DNA from: Candidatus Woesearchaeota archaeon
GTDB lineage: Archaea > Nanobdellota > Nanobdellia > Woesearchaeales > GW2011-AR4
Direction of reading: 5' to 3'
Length of the DNA: 51,750 nt
NCBI GenBank assembly: GCA_016187495.1
Contig: JACPJP010000018.1
Span: 1-51,750, forward strand
Shown here: positions 8,205-17,291 of the stretch, one piece after another
How positions within the stretch are numbered: the stretch's first letter is position 1
Layout: the number at the start of each line of letters is the position of its first letter
Program-made: the position numbers and the translations under genes
Notes under the pieces: generated by a model
What the model saw: the letters and a program-made list of their open reading frames with translations, nothing else
Database searches by the model: none
What the model was told of the DNA's origin: nothing

Positions 8205-9386
8205 ATGCCCACCACTTACTCCCATTCCCGCTTAAGCTGCTTCGAGCAATGCCCACTAAAATTCAAATTCTCCTATATTGACAAGATAGAAACCGAGATA
8301 GGGGAAACAATAGAGGCTTTCTTAGGCTCAAGAGTCCATGAGGCATTGGAAAAGATGTACAAGGACTTAAAATTCCAAAAACTAAACACATTAAGGGAAT
8401 TACTAGACTTCTTTAATTCCGAGTGGAAGAAGAACTGGAATGACGCAATTGTTATTGTAAGAGGCGAGTATGACCAAGAAAACTACAGGAAAATGGGCGA
8501 GAAATTCTTAATGGATTATTATGAAAAGTACAAGCCCTTCGACCACACAAGGACAATTGCGCTTGAAACTGAAAGGACTGTGGATTTAAATGACAAATAC
8601 AAAATTCATATAAGAATTGACAGGTTAGCTATGAGTGACGACACAACTTATGAAATCCATGACTACAAGACTTCTAATGGGTTGCCAACGCAAGATGACT
8701 TGGACAATGACAGGCAGCTTGCAATTTATGCTTACGGCATAAAAAAGATGTATCCTGACGCTGAAAATGTGAAATTAATCTGGCACTATTTGTCTTTTGA
8801 CAAGGAAATGTCGTCAGAAAGGACACCTGACCAGCTCGAAAGCTTGAAAAAGCAGATTATCGGATTAATTGAGAAAATTGAGGCTGAAAAGGAATTTCCA
8901 GCAAGAGTTTCGTCATTATGCAACTGGTGCGAATTTCAAAAAATATGCCCTGAATGGAAACATAAGTTTAAGACAGAGGAATTAAGCCCTAACGAGTATC
9001 TTAAAGACAATGGTGTGCAATTAGTAAACAAGTTTGCCCAAGCAAAGGATGAGTATGATCATCTGGCAGAAAGGCTGGAAAAAATAAGGGAGGCATTAAT
9101 TGAATATGTAAAAAAGGAAAAGGTAAGCATGGTCTTCGGCTCTGATGTAAAAGCATCCATAAAATCCTATCCAAAACTAAGCTTTCCGAAGAAGTACGAC
9201 CAAAACCAGCAGGAGTTTTTTGAAGCTGTTAAGAAAATTGGATTATGGGATGCTCTAGCTATCGTTGATGTCTATGATCTTTCTAAGATGATAAACAACC
9301 GAGAAATACATCCAGACTTAATTAAATTATTAAGCAAGTTTATCAGTAAAGAGGAACTTTTTAGGGTAAGCATAAGAAAGAAATAA
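8205..9386 (+). CDS. PD-(D/E)XK RecB/AddB/Cas4-like nuclease with C-terminal helical extension
   Basis: YSHSRL..FEQCP, GSRVHEALE, RIDRL, IHDYKT, QLAIY and CNWCEFQKIC (Fe-S staple cysteines). Confidence 0.88.
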   Translation: MPTTYSHSRLSCFEQCPLKFKFSYIDKIETEIGETIEAFLGSRVHEALEKMYKDLKFQKLNTLRELLDFFNSEWKKNWNDAIVIVRGEYDQENYRKMGEKFLMDYYEKYKPFDHTRTIALETERTVDLNDKYKIHIRIDRLAMSDDTTYEIHDYKTSNGLPTQDDLDNDRQLAIYAYGIKKMYPDAENVKLIWHYLSFDKEMSSERTPDQLESLKKQIIGLIEKIEAEKEFPARVSSLCNWCEFQKICPEWKHKFKTEELSPNEYLKDNGVQLVNKFAQAKDEYDHLAERLEKIREALIEYVKKEKVSMVFGSDVKASIKSYPKLSFPKKYDQNQQEFFEAVKKIGLWDALAIVDVYDLSKMINNREIHPDLIKLLSKFISKEELFRVSIRKK

Positions 9387-9400
9387 GAGGCGATAGCACC

Positions 9401-10171
9401 TTATTTTAAAGTCCCTTCTATAGGGCTAGAAGCGCTCGCATACATTTTCTTAGGAATCCTTCCAGACAAAAAAGCATCCCTTCCACTTTCAACCGCAAGT
9501 TTCATTGCCCTTGCCATCCTTACTGGGTCTTTTGCCAAAGCAACTCCCGTATTCAATAAAACCCCGTCTGCACCTAATTCCATAGCTATTGTCGCATCGC
9601 TTGCAGTGCCAACGCCTGCATCTACTATTATAGGGACTTTTGCATTCTCCAAAACTATTCTTATGTTGTTTGGATTTAATATGCCTTGCCCAGAGCCTAT
9701 TGGCGCGCCTAAAGGCATTACTGCTGCAGCCCCAGCCTCTTCAAATTTTTTGCACGCGACAATGTCATCGTTAGTATAAGGCAGTACTGTAAATCCTTCC
9801 TTTACCAGAACTTTTGCAGCCCTAAGGGTTTCCTCATTATCCGGCATTAACGTTTTTTGGTCTCCTATAACTTCTAATTTAACCCATTTTGGCAGTCCAA
9901 TTTCAGCAGCCAGCCTTGCCGTCCTTATAGCTTCTTCCGCAGTATAACATCCTGCAGTATTAGGCAATATTGTCATTTTATTTTTATCAATAAAATTCAA
10001 TAAATTCTCTTTAGGGTTGTCAAAATTAATCCTTCTTATGGCAACAGTAACGACCTCTGCTCCTGAAGCCTCGTGCGCTTTTTTCATTATGCCAAAATCA
10101 GCATATTTGCCTGTGCCGATAATAAGCCTAGAATTGAATTCAAATTTCCCGATTTTTAATTTGTCATCCAT
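9401..10171 (-). CDS. thiG: Thiazole synthase
   Basis: [42 protein letters not shown]. Confidence 0.97.
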   Translation of the reverse strand: MDDKLKIGKFEFNSRLIIGTGKYADFGIMKKAHEASGAEVVTVAIRRINFDNPKENLLNFIDKNKMTILPNTAGCYTAEEAIRTARLAAEIGLPKWVKLEVIGDQKTLMPDNEETLRAAKVLVKEGFTVLPYTNDDIVACKKFEEAGAAAVMPLGAPIGSGQGILNPNNIRIVLENAKVPIIVDAGVGTASDATIAMELGADGVLLNTGVALAKDPVRMARAMKLAVESGRDAFLSGRIPKKMYASASSPIEGTLK

Positions 10172-10369
10172 TCAGCCACCACCAACAACAGTAACGACTT
10201 CAAGCCTATCTTTGTCATTTAATTTTATATTACCGAACTCCTGCCTGTGCACAATGTTTTTATTTAACTCCACTGCAACCACATCTGGATTTAAGTTCAA
10301 TTTGTCCAATAACTCGGAAACATTGTCGCATTCTAATTCCTTTTCCTTGCCATTAATTATTAATTTCAT
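10172..10369 (-). CDS. thiS: Sulfur carrier protein ThiS
   Basis: Ubiquitin-like fold, VAVELN, C-terminal VGGG; directly upstream of thiG. Confidence 0.95.
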   Translation of the reverse strand: MKLIINGKEKELECDNVSELLDKLNLNPDVVAVELNKNIVHRQEFGNIKLNDKDRLEVVTVVGGG

Positions 10370-10445
10370 TTCCACCCCTTAGTGCAGGATAAGCATTGTT
10401 AATTTAAAAAGATTTTTATTGGCAGCATGGCACCTAGAACTAAAA

Positions 10446-11429
10446 ATGAATAATCTGCTGTTAAAGGATAGCATTGAAACTAATAAAAAAATCCGCTTCG
10501 AGCGGGCAATCTTCATTTCCTGGTACTGCTCATTAGGGGACTGCACTTACTGCTATATGTCCACGCAAAAAAACCTTATTTCTAACCCTAGCAAGGCTAA
10601 GCGCTCAATGGCGTCTATACTTGCGGAGGCCTATATCTGCAAAAAATTGGGATGGAAATTAGGAAATCTTGCAGCGGGCTATGGAAGTTACACTCATGAG
10701 AGCATTCTGGAACTGGTAAAAAATGTGCATGGCGTCACAAAAGAAAAATTGTGGTTGAATATCGGGGTATTGCCTGAAAAGACTATTGCAGCATTAGCGC
10801 CATACCTAGAAGGGCTCTATGGGGCTGTGGAAACAACCAATGAAGAGATACACAAAAAAACGGCTCCAAATAAGCCAATAGCTCCGATAGAAAGGATGTA
10901 CAAAATATGCGATAAATACAATTTAAAAAAAGCAATGACATTCATTGTCGGAATGGGAGAAACAATAAAAGATTTTGATTCATTGAATAATTTTATAATA
11001 AAAAATAAAATTGACAAAATTGTATTCTATGCACTGAACCCGATAAAAGGGACTATGTTTGAGCATTCCAATGGGCCGAAAATAGATTATTACCTTGAAT
11101 GGATTAAAAAGACGAGAGAAAACTTTCCAAATATCGATATTGTTGCAGGGCCGTGGGTAAATCGCGTTGGAAGATTGAGCTCGATGCTTAATGCTGGAGC
11201 AAACGCAGTAACAAAGTTCCCGGCAATAAAACTATTTAATACAGCGCATGCAAGAAGCATTGAAGAAGAGATAAACAAGGCGGGATTTGAATTTGAAGGG
11301 ACATTTACAGAAGTTCCTAATCTAGACTTCAATGAGATAGAAAATTCAGATTTAAATGGAGGATTAAAAAAACAAATAATAGCTAAGGTTAAGGAATACC
11401 TTAAAATAATGGATAAACCTAATTTTTGA
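10446..11429 (+). CDS. Radical SAM protein, biotin-synthase-related archaeal family
   Basis: CSLGDCTYC (CX4CX2C), AVET, IVGMGET, ALNPIKGT and AGANAVTKFP. Confidence 0.8.
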   Translation: MNNLLLKDSIETNKKIRFERAIFISWYCSLGDCTYCYMSTQKNLISNPSKAKRSMASILAEAYICKKLGWKLGNLAAGYGSYTHESILELVKNVHGVTKEKLWLNIGVLPEKTIAALAPYLEGLYGAVETTNEEIHKKTAPNKPIAPIERMYKICDKYNLKKAMTFIVGMGETIKDFDSLNNFIIKNKIDKIVFYALNPIKGTMFEHSNGPKIDYYLEWIKKTRENFPNIDIVAGPWVNRVGRLSSMLNAGANAVTKFPAIKLFNTAHARSIEEEINKAGFEFEGTFTEVPNLDFNEIENSDLNGGLKKQIIAKVKEYLKIMDKPNF

Positions 11430-11439
11430 ATCTATACTC

Positions 11440-11472
11440 ACGGACAAAATCTATTGAGCAATAGTTGTCCGT
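11440..11472. other. Stem-loop between convergent genes (possible terminator or processing site)
   Basis: ACGGACAA-AAT-CTATTG-AG-CAATAG-TTGTCCGT. Confidence 0.5.
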
Positions 11473-11646
11473 TCGTAATAAGTAAAAGGCATAATTATTG
11501 CTCAAATTTTTGTGTCTTTTATTATAATCCCTTTATTCATGCCTAAGGTCTATCGCTTTGTTTCTTGACATTAATGATGTTTATCTCATTCGTATCGTAG
11601 TATCGTAATGCATATCACTATAGTTCGTATCTTTGTATTATTCATC

Positions 11647-12861
11647 TCATTCATAACGCAAAGCATCCACTGGCTTTAATCTGGAAGCCCTTATCGCGGG
11701 CATGACTCCGCTTATTGCTCCGACTAAAAAAGCAAACAGCAGGGCACCTGCTATCAAGTAAGGGGAAAATGTAGACTTAAGAAAGGTATTCCCTGTTGTT
11801 GCAACTAAAATTTCCACCAGCTTGCTAAAGCCCATGCCCAAAGCAACACCTATTGCTCCGCCTGCCAGGCCTAATATTCCAGATTCCAGCAAAAATATTT
11901 TTAGTATGTCTGAATTTCTTGCTCCAATTGCCTTCATAACACCAATCTCTTTTGTTCTTTCCAATACAGCCGTATACATCGTGTTTGTAATTCCTATGCC
12001 GCCAACCAGCAAAGAGATAGCAGCTATGCCCACCAGAACAAGCTGCACCGCCAATAAGATGTTTTGGAACGATTCTATGAAGTCTTCAGATGTCTGCACA
12101 ACAAAATCCTCCTTGCCTTCCTCCAAATTCCTGAAATTTCTGAGTTCTTTCTCAACTCTGACAGCAACATTGCTCGGTTTTTCGCTTTTTGCAGCCCTTG
12201 CAAGAATAAAATCAACCCTTTCCTCGACATTGAAAATTTCCCTCATTGCATCTTCTGTAATTACTAAAGTGCGGTCATCTCCGCTATTCCCTATTCTTTC
12301 ATAATGCCCGATTACCTTGAATTCTATGTCGTTGATCTCAATTTTGTCCCCAACTTCGATGTTCGGCTGGAATAGGTCATCCTCAATGAATCCGATGCCG
12401 ACCAAAACCTTGAATTTGTCCCCTTTTCTAACATCCCTTCCGTCCTGCACCTCAAACTGGTTTATCTCATCATATAGCTTCTTGCCTTCATCTGTCGGAA
12501 TGCTAAAAAGCTGATGAAATCTTATTTGTTCGTTAAACTCCACTTTTACATTCTCCATGATAAAGCTTGTTGCTTCTATAACGCCCCTGGTTCTTTCAAC
12601 TACCCATTCATCATTGCTAGTAAGCTCTATTGTTGTTACATCACTTCCTGGAGGCGCAAAGCCTGTTTTGGGCTGTATTATCAGCTTGTCGGTTCCAAAA
12701 GCCTCAAACTGCTCATCAATAAACTGCTGCAAACCCTGACCCAAGCTGACTAAAGCAACAACTGCAGCTATCCCTATAAATATGCCGAGCATGGTAAGCC
12801 AGCTCCTCATCTTTCTTTTCCTGAAATTTTCAAATACATAGCTTATGTAATCCTGCAGCAT
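11647..12861 (-). CDS. MacB/FtsX-like ABC permease, copy 2
   Basis: RSWLTMLGIFIGIAAVV, GGIGITNTM..VLERTKEIG.MKAIGA, PVDALRYE. Confidence 0.93.
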   Translation of the reverse strand: MLQDYISYVFENFRKRKMRSWLTMLGIFIGIAAVVALVSLGQGLQQFIDEQFEAFGTDKLIIQPKTGFAPPGSDVTTIELTSNDEWVVERTRGVIEATSFIMENVKVEFNEQIRFHQLFSIPTDEGKKLYDEINQFEVQDGRDVRKGDKFKVLVGIGFIEDDLFQPNIEVGDKIEINDIEFKVIGHYERIGNSGDDRTLVITEDAMREIFNVEERVDFILARAAKSEKPSNVAVRVEKELRNFRNLEEGKEDFVVQTSEDFIESFQNILLAVQLVLVGIAAISLLVGGIGITNTMYTAVLERTKEIGVMKAIGARNSDILKIFLLESGILGLAGGAIGVALGMGFSKLVEILVATTGNTFLKSTFSPYLIAGALLFAFLVGAISGVMPAIRASRLKPVDALRYE

Positions 12862-12910
12862 TTTATTTCGCAAATCTCAAGGCATACTCACTAACATTCA
12901 TAGCTTTGCA

Positions 12911-14131
12911 TTACTTATAACGCAAAGCATCAACCGGATTTAATTTAGAAGCCTGCAAAGCAGGCATTAAGCCCGAAATAGATCCAACAATGAATGAAAA
13001 CAACAAAGCGCTAATAATCAGCAATGGCGAAAATACAGGCGTTAAAAGTTCGGTTCCTAAGACAGTCTTTCCAACATTCTCCACCAGTTTCCCTAATCCA
13101 AATCCCAAGATAACCCCTATTATGCCTCCAACCATGCCCAGAATTCCGGATTCAATAAAAAACAGCTTGAAGATATCTGAATTTCTTGCACCAATGGATT
13201 TCATAATCCCTATTTCCCTAGTCCTCTCCAAAACAGAGGTATACATCGTGTTTGTAATTCCTATGCCGCCAACCAGCAAAGAGATAGCAGCTATGCCTAC
13301 AATTACAGCCTGCACCGCAAAAAGAACAATCCCAAAAGTCTCAACAATCTGTTGCGGTGTCTGGACCTCAAAATCTTCTTGGCCTTTTTTTAAGCCCCTG
13401 TCTTTTCTGATATTCTTTGCCAGCTCTTCCGCAACCTTGCTTGGGTCTTCCCCCTTCCCAGCTTTTGCAGCTATTAAATCAAATTCGTCCCCTATGTCCA
13501 GAACCTCCCTCATGGCATCTTCCATAATAATAACAATAGAATCGAACTGCGGGTTTCCAGTCTTGCCCATTACTCCGACAACCTCAAAGTCAAAGCCATT
13601 TATCTTTAATTTATCCCCTGCAATAATTTTTTTTGGATATATCTCCTTTTCATTGAGCATATTCCCAACAACAACCCTGAATTGGTCTCCCGGCTTCAGC
13701 ATCCTTCCCTCAGAGACGGAAAATGAAAAGCTTTCCAGGATAAAATCCCCTTCCTCTTTTTTTTCAGGCCAGCTTCCCAGAAACTGGAACTGCGCTTCAT
13801 CCTTGAACTCCACTTGTGCAGACCTAATCAATCTTCCTACCGCTATCTCTATTCCTTTTGTCTTTTCCACAATTTCCTTGTCATGCTCTGTTAGGGATTT
13901 GATGTCAAAGCTTCCTGGCGGTCCAAAACCGGTGTTAGCGTTCTGCACGATAATCCTATCGATACCGACGGAAGCGAACTGGCCTATAATAGCTTGCTCC
14001 AACCCTTCCCCCAAGCTTATCAAAGAAACAACAGCAGCTATGCCAATAAATATTCCAACCATAGTCAGCCAGCTTCTCAGCTTTCTCTGTTTTAAGCCGT
14101 TAAAGGCGTAAAGAAAGTAATCTAATAGCAT
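12911..14131 (-). CDS. MacB/FtsX-like ABC permease, copy 1
   Basis: Same motifs as the neighbouring gene, ending PVDALRYK; paralogous pair. Confidence 0.93.
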   Translation of the reverse strand: MLLDYFLYAFNGLKQRKLRSWLTMVGIFIGIAAVVSLISLGEGLEQAIIGQFASVGIDRIIVQNANTGFGPPGSFDIKSLTEHDKEIVEKTKGIEIAVGRLIRSAQVEFKDEAQFQFLGSWPEKKEEGDFILESFSFSVSEGRMLKPGDQFRVVVGNMLNEKEIYPKKIIAGDKLKINGFDFEVVGVMGKTGNPQFDSIVIIMEDAMREVLDIGDEFDLIAAKAGKGEDPSKVAEELAKNIRKDRGLKKGQEDFEVQTPQQIVETFGIVLFAVQAVIVGIAAISLLVGGIGITNTMYTSVLERTREIGIMKSIGARNSDIFKLFFIESGILGMVGGIIGVILGFGLGKLVENVGKTVLGTELLTPVFSPLLIISALLFSFIVGSISGLMPALQASKLNPVDALRYK

Positions 14132-14247
14132 TTTTTATTAACAAAATTTTCAATTATATATTGTCTTTTAATCTTATTGATGTGGATCTCAAATTAATTT
14201 TAATTTTTTAATTATAAACTTGGTTGCGAACTTATTGTACTTTGGTT

Positions 14248-15522
14248 CTAACCCTTCTTCTTCATGCGCTTTCTATAATAAAATAGACCCCCAATAACTA
14301 TTGCTACTACAATTAGAAATCCTAAAGTACCGTTCTCTTTTTTCAAGCCAAACTTCTTTGCCTCTGACGCGCTGTATAGATTGAGCTTTAGGCTTATCCT
14401 ATCCCTATAGTTATTGTTATTCGCATCTTTATACTCCAGAGTTAATGGAAGCTCTACCTGCTTTTCATTCGTGTTTTCAACAAAAAGGTCAAAGTCAGCA
14501 GTCTCAAAGTCATCTGAATCTATGTTGCCGAGGTAAGCCTCATCGCTTGATACTATTTTATAGCTGCTGCTTTCCCCCAATTTTACATTCATGAACTTAA
14601 TATCTGTTACTCCTTTATTGACGACTTTTACAACTATCTCCCCTGCTTTCCCATGTTCATATACTCCAGACTCGTCTAATGTAACACTTATATCGGGCTT
14701 TGCATTTACAATTACTCCTATTGTTGCATTCTTAATATAGCCCTTGTTCAACTCATCAGAATAGCTTATCCTCAATGGAACCTGATAAACTCCGCTTTCT
14801 GCTTCAGGCTTTGCCAGCAGCTCGAAGCTGAACTCATGCGCTTTCTTAGCATCTATCTGGTAGACGCTCTTTTCATTTGTAGACTTTAATGGAACAAAAG
14901 GCATGCCTCCTAAATCAAGCCGAGCCTTTACGTCCTTAACAAGGGAATCGGCTTCATTAACAACGCCTATTCTCAAAATCCCGCTTGAGCCCGGCTCAAA
15001 AAATTCCTTGTCTATAGAAACAGAATCAACGGAAAGAATTGCATCATAAGTCTGTACATCAATAAAAAACTCCTCAGGTTCAATCCATATACCTTTGTCT
15101 ATCCTATACCTTATTTTTATCTCATTTTCCCCTTCAACGGCATTTTTGTCAACTCTTATCCTATACTTTACTATAACTCCTACATCACCCCTCTGCATAC
15201 TCTGCAATGTTCCTGCACTCCTTAATGCCTCTACTCCAGGATCAAGCGAAAATGGATATTGAGGCAGTATTTCAACTTCCACATTCCTTGCTTCCTCGCT
15301 TCCATTGTTGTCTAGCTTGAACCTAACATCAACATAATTTCCAGGCTCCGCAGGATCAGGCTCCTGGTTAATTAGAGTGACTTCTATTTGAGATGTTCTT
15401 GCAGGCCTTTGTGTAGATTGCGTTGCAGCGTTTAAACCAACTGCAAATAAAATTAGTATGCACAAACTGACAATTATTATCCTATTAATTCTGTTAAACT
15501 TATTCTCCGGATTATTCCCCAT
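14248..15522 (-). CDS. COG1361-like (S-layer-domain) secreted Ig-fold protein with C-terminal TM anchor
   Basis: Signal peptide, QEPDPAEPG and YLGNIDSDD repeats, C-terminal TM with basic tail; typical partner of archaeal MacB-like ABC operons. Confidence 0.8.
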   Translation of the reverse strand: MGNNPENKFNRINRIIIVSLCILILFAVGLNAATQSTQRPARTSQIEVTLINQEPDPAEPGNYVDVRFKLDNNGSEEARNVEVEILPQYPFSLDPGVEALRSAGTLQSMQRGDVGVIVKYRIRVDKNAVEGENEIKIRYRIDKGIWIEPEEFFIDVQTYDAILSVDSVSIDKEFFEPGSSGILRIGVVNEADSLVKDVKARLDLGGMPFVPLKSTNEKSVYQIDAKKAHEFSFELLAKPEAESGVYQVPLRISYSDELNKGYIKNATIGVIVNAKPDISVTLDESGVYEHGKAGEIVVKVVNKGVTDIKFMNVKLGESSSYKIVSSDEAYLGNIDSDDFETADFDLFVENTNEKQVELPLTLEYKDANNNNYRDRISLKLNLYSASEAKKFGLKKENGTLGFLIVVAIVIGGLFYYRKRMKKKG

Positions 15523-15523
15523 C

Positions 15524-16225
15524 TTAACCGCCTATTCTCAATTTTTTGGATTTTACAATTGTACCATCTTTCAAAAATTCGATCCTGTTGGCATGCTTCG
15601 CAATATTCATGTCATGTGTTACTAAGATTATAGTTTTTTTATCTTTTTTATTAAGATTAGTCAAAAAGGATATTACAGTCTCACCTGTTTTTGAATCCAA
15701 GTTTCCTGTTGGCTCGTCTGCTAATACTACCTCAGGATTATTTGCCAAAGCTCTCGCAATTGCCACGCGCTGCTGCTGCCCTCCTGAAAGCTCAGTTGGC
15801 TTATGATTAATCCTATCTCCCAAACCAACCATTTCTAAGATATTTTTTGCTCTTTTAATTCTTTCCTCTTTGCTTACACCTTGGAATACCATGGGCAAAG
15901 CAACATTTTCCAACGCACTTAATGTATTAATCAAATTAAACTGCTGAAAAATAAAACCTATTTTCTTGCCCCTTATTTGCGCTAAATCAGATTCTGAAAG
16001 TTTTGATATATCCCTATTTTCCAGGTAAATCTTGCCCTTTGTTGGCATGTCCAATGCACCCACCATATTTACTGCCGTAGATTTTCCAGAGCCGCTTGGG
16101 CCCATTATAGCTACAAATTCGCCTTCCTTTATAGCTAAATCCAGGCCTCGCAGTGCGTTTACCTTTACATTTCCCATCCTGTAAGTTTTCCATACATCGT
16201 CCAGCTTTATTATTGCATTTTTCAT
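15524..16225 (-). CDS. ABC ATP-binding protein (LolD/MacB family)
   Basis: GPSGSGKS, LSGGQQQRV, ADEPTGNLD, VTHD; ATGA overlap with the upstream gene. Confidence 0.96.
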   Translation of the reverse strand: MKNAIIKLDDVWKTYRMGNVKVNALRGLDLAIKEGEFVAIMGPSGSGKSTAVNMVGALDMPTKGKIYLENRDISKLSESDLAQIRGKKIGFIFQQFNLINTLSALENVALPMVFQGVSKEERIKRAKNILEMVGLGDRINHKPTELSGGQQQRVAIARALANNPEVVLADEPTGNLDSKTGETVISFLTNLNKKDKKTIILVTHDMNIAKHANRIEFLKDGTIVKSKKLRIGG

Positions 16226-16413
16226 CTCAAAATCCACAGGTTTACTCCCTCTTTTTTCAATCTGTTAAGCTTACCGTCCAGCGCAAGCTCCAAAAGATAC
16301 TTTTCAGCAGTGTTCCACGAAACGTCAAAATGCTTTGCAATCTCTGCTGTAGTCACAACTTTGTCCTTTTTGGCGAAATCCAAAATTTTCTTCTCAAAAT
16401 TATGTAATTTCAT
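16222..16413 (-). CDS. Small winged-helix DNA-binding protein heading the ABC operon
   Basis: TTAEIAKHFDVSWNTAEKYLLEL helix-turn-helix; translationally coupled to the ATPase. Confidence 0.8.
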   Translation of the reverse strand: MKLHNFEKKILDFAKKDKVVTTAEIAKHFDVSWNTAEKYLLELALDGKLNRLKKEGVNLWILR

Positions 16414-16420
16414 AAGTAAT

Positions 16421-16468
16421 TACCTATTATCTAACCTATTTTTATACCTATGTGGTTACATATATAAA
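16421..16468 (-). promoter_or_regulatory. TATA box with four 12-bp-phased direct repeats (candidate operator)
   Basis: On the + strand, ACCTAT at 16422, 16434 and 16446 and ACATAT at 16458; TTTATATA on the minus strand at 16461-16468. Confidence 0.55.
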
Positions 16469-16638
16469 AATGTTTTGTATTACTGCAGCAATAAAGAGAT
16501 TTAGATTACTCAAATGCCAATTTATAAGTTATGAATTAAGAATTACTCCGAAAGTTGTAAAAATTAAATTAATGGAATTGTTGAGTGGATCTGGAATGAA
16601 AACAGAATTAAAAGAAAAAAGGATTATTGAGTCTAGGA

Positions 16639-17259
16639 CTAAAACCTGGCCAAAACAGCCCTTATTGGAGAAGCATCATTCTTTATTTTTAACGGCAGCC
16701 CAATAAAGAAATACCTTCCCTGCTTTATTTTTGAAAGCTCTAACCCTTCAATTATTGGAATGCCATTGCCCAGAAGGATTTTATGGGTATCATGCTCCGG
16801 CTGGTCTCTCTCTATGCCCAATGCATTGATTCCAACAGCGTTGACTTTTTTTGATGCTAAAAACTTTGCGCCTGACTCTGCAAGATAAACAAAATTAAAA
16901 TCAAATGTTTTTTTGTATTCGTTCAAGGTTTTTAGCAGGACTATATCCTTTTCTCTTATTTTGGCTTTAACTAGGTCTTTCTTTTCTATTCCGGGGTTTT
17001 TTATTTTGGTTAAATCGACAACAATGCACTCACCTAAAAATCTGTTAAGTGCAACAGCATCAATCTTTTTGCCATCCTGGAGAAAATGAAACGGAGCGTC
17101 AACATGCGTTCCAGTATGAGCATCAATATGCAATCTTGACTCATTTGCATTGCCTCTTTTAAGTGTTGAAGTGACTTCTATCTTAGGCCTTTTGCTATCT
17201 TTGTCTTTCCATGCACCCATACTCTCTGTTATTTTGAGGGAAATATCATTTATTATCAT
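16639..17259 (-). CDS. Cyclase / kynurenine formamidase-like metallohydrolase
   Basis: HTGTHVDAPFH motif, IIEGL, LPLKI..ASPIRAV. Confidence 0.9.
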   Translation of the reverse strand: MIINDISLKITESMGAWKDKDSKRPKIEVTSTLKRGNANESRLHIDAHTGTHVDAPFHFLQDGKKIDAVALNRFLGECIVVDLTKIKNPGIEKKDLVKAKIREKDIVLLKTLNEYKKTFDFNFVYLAESGAKFLASKKVNAVGINALGIERDQPEHDTHKILLGNGIPIIEGLELSKIKQGRYFFIGLPLKIKNDASPIRAVLARF

Positions 17260-17291
17260 TTGTCATGTATTAATATTATAATTATATATTC

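Noticed and set aside
6200-9400. CRISPR-Cas locus suggested by Csa3-like and Cas4-like genes
   Set aside because: No repeat-spacer array, cas1, cas2 or effector genes are visible in the window.
12990-14111. 373-aa antisense ORF
   Set aside because: Shadow frame of the permease gene with no recognisable motifs; the same applies to most short antisense ORFs in the track.
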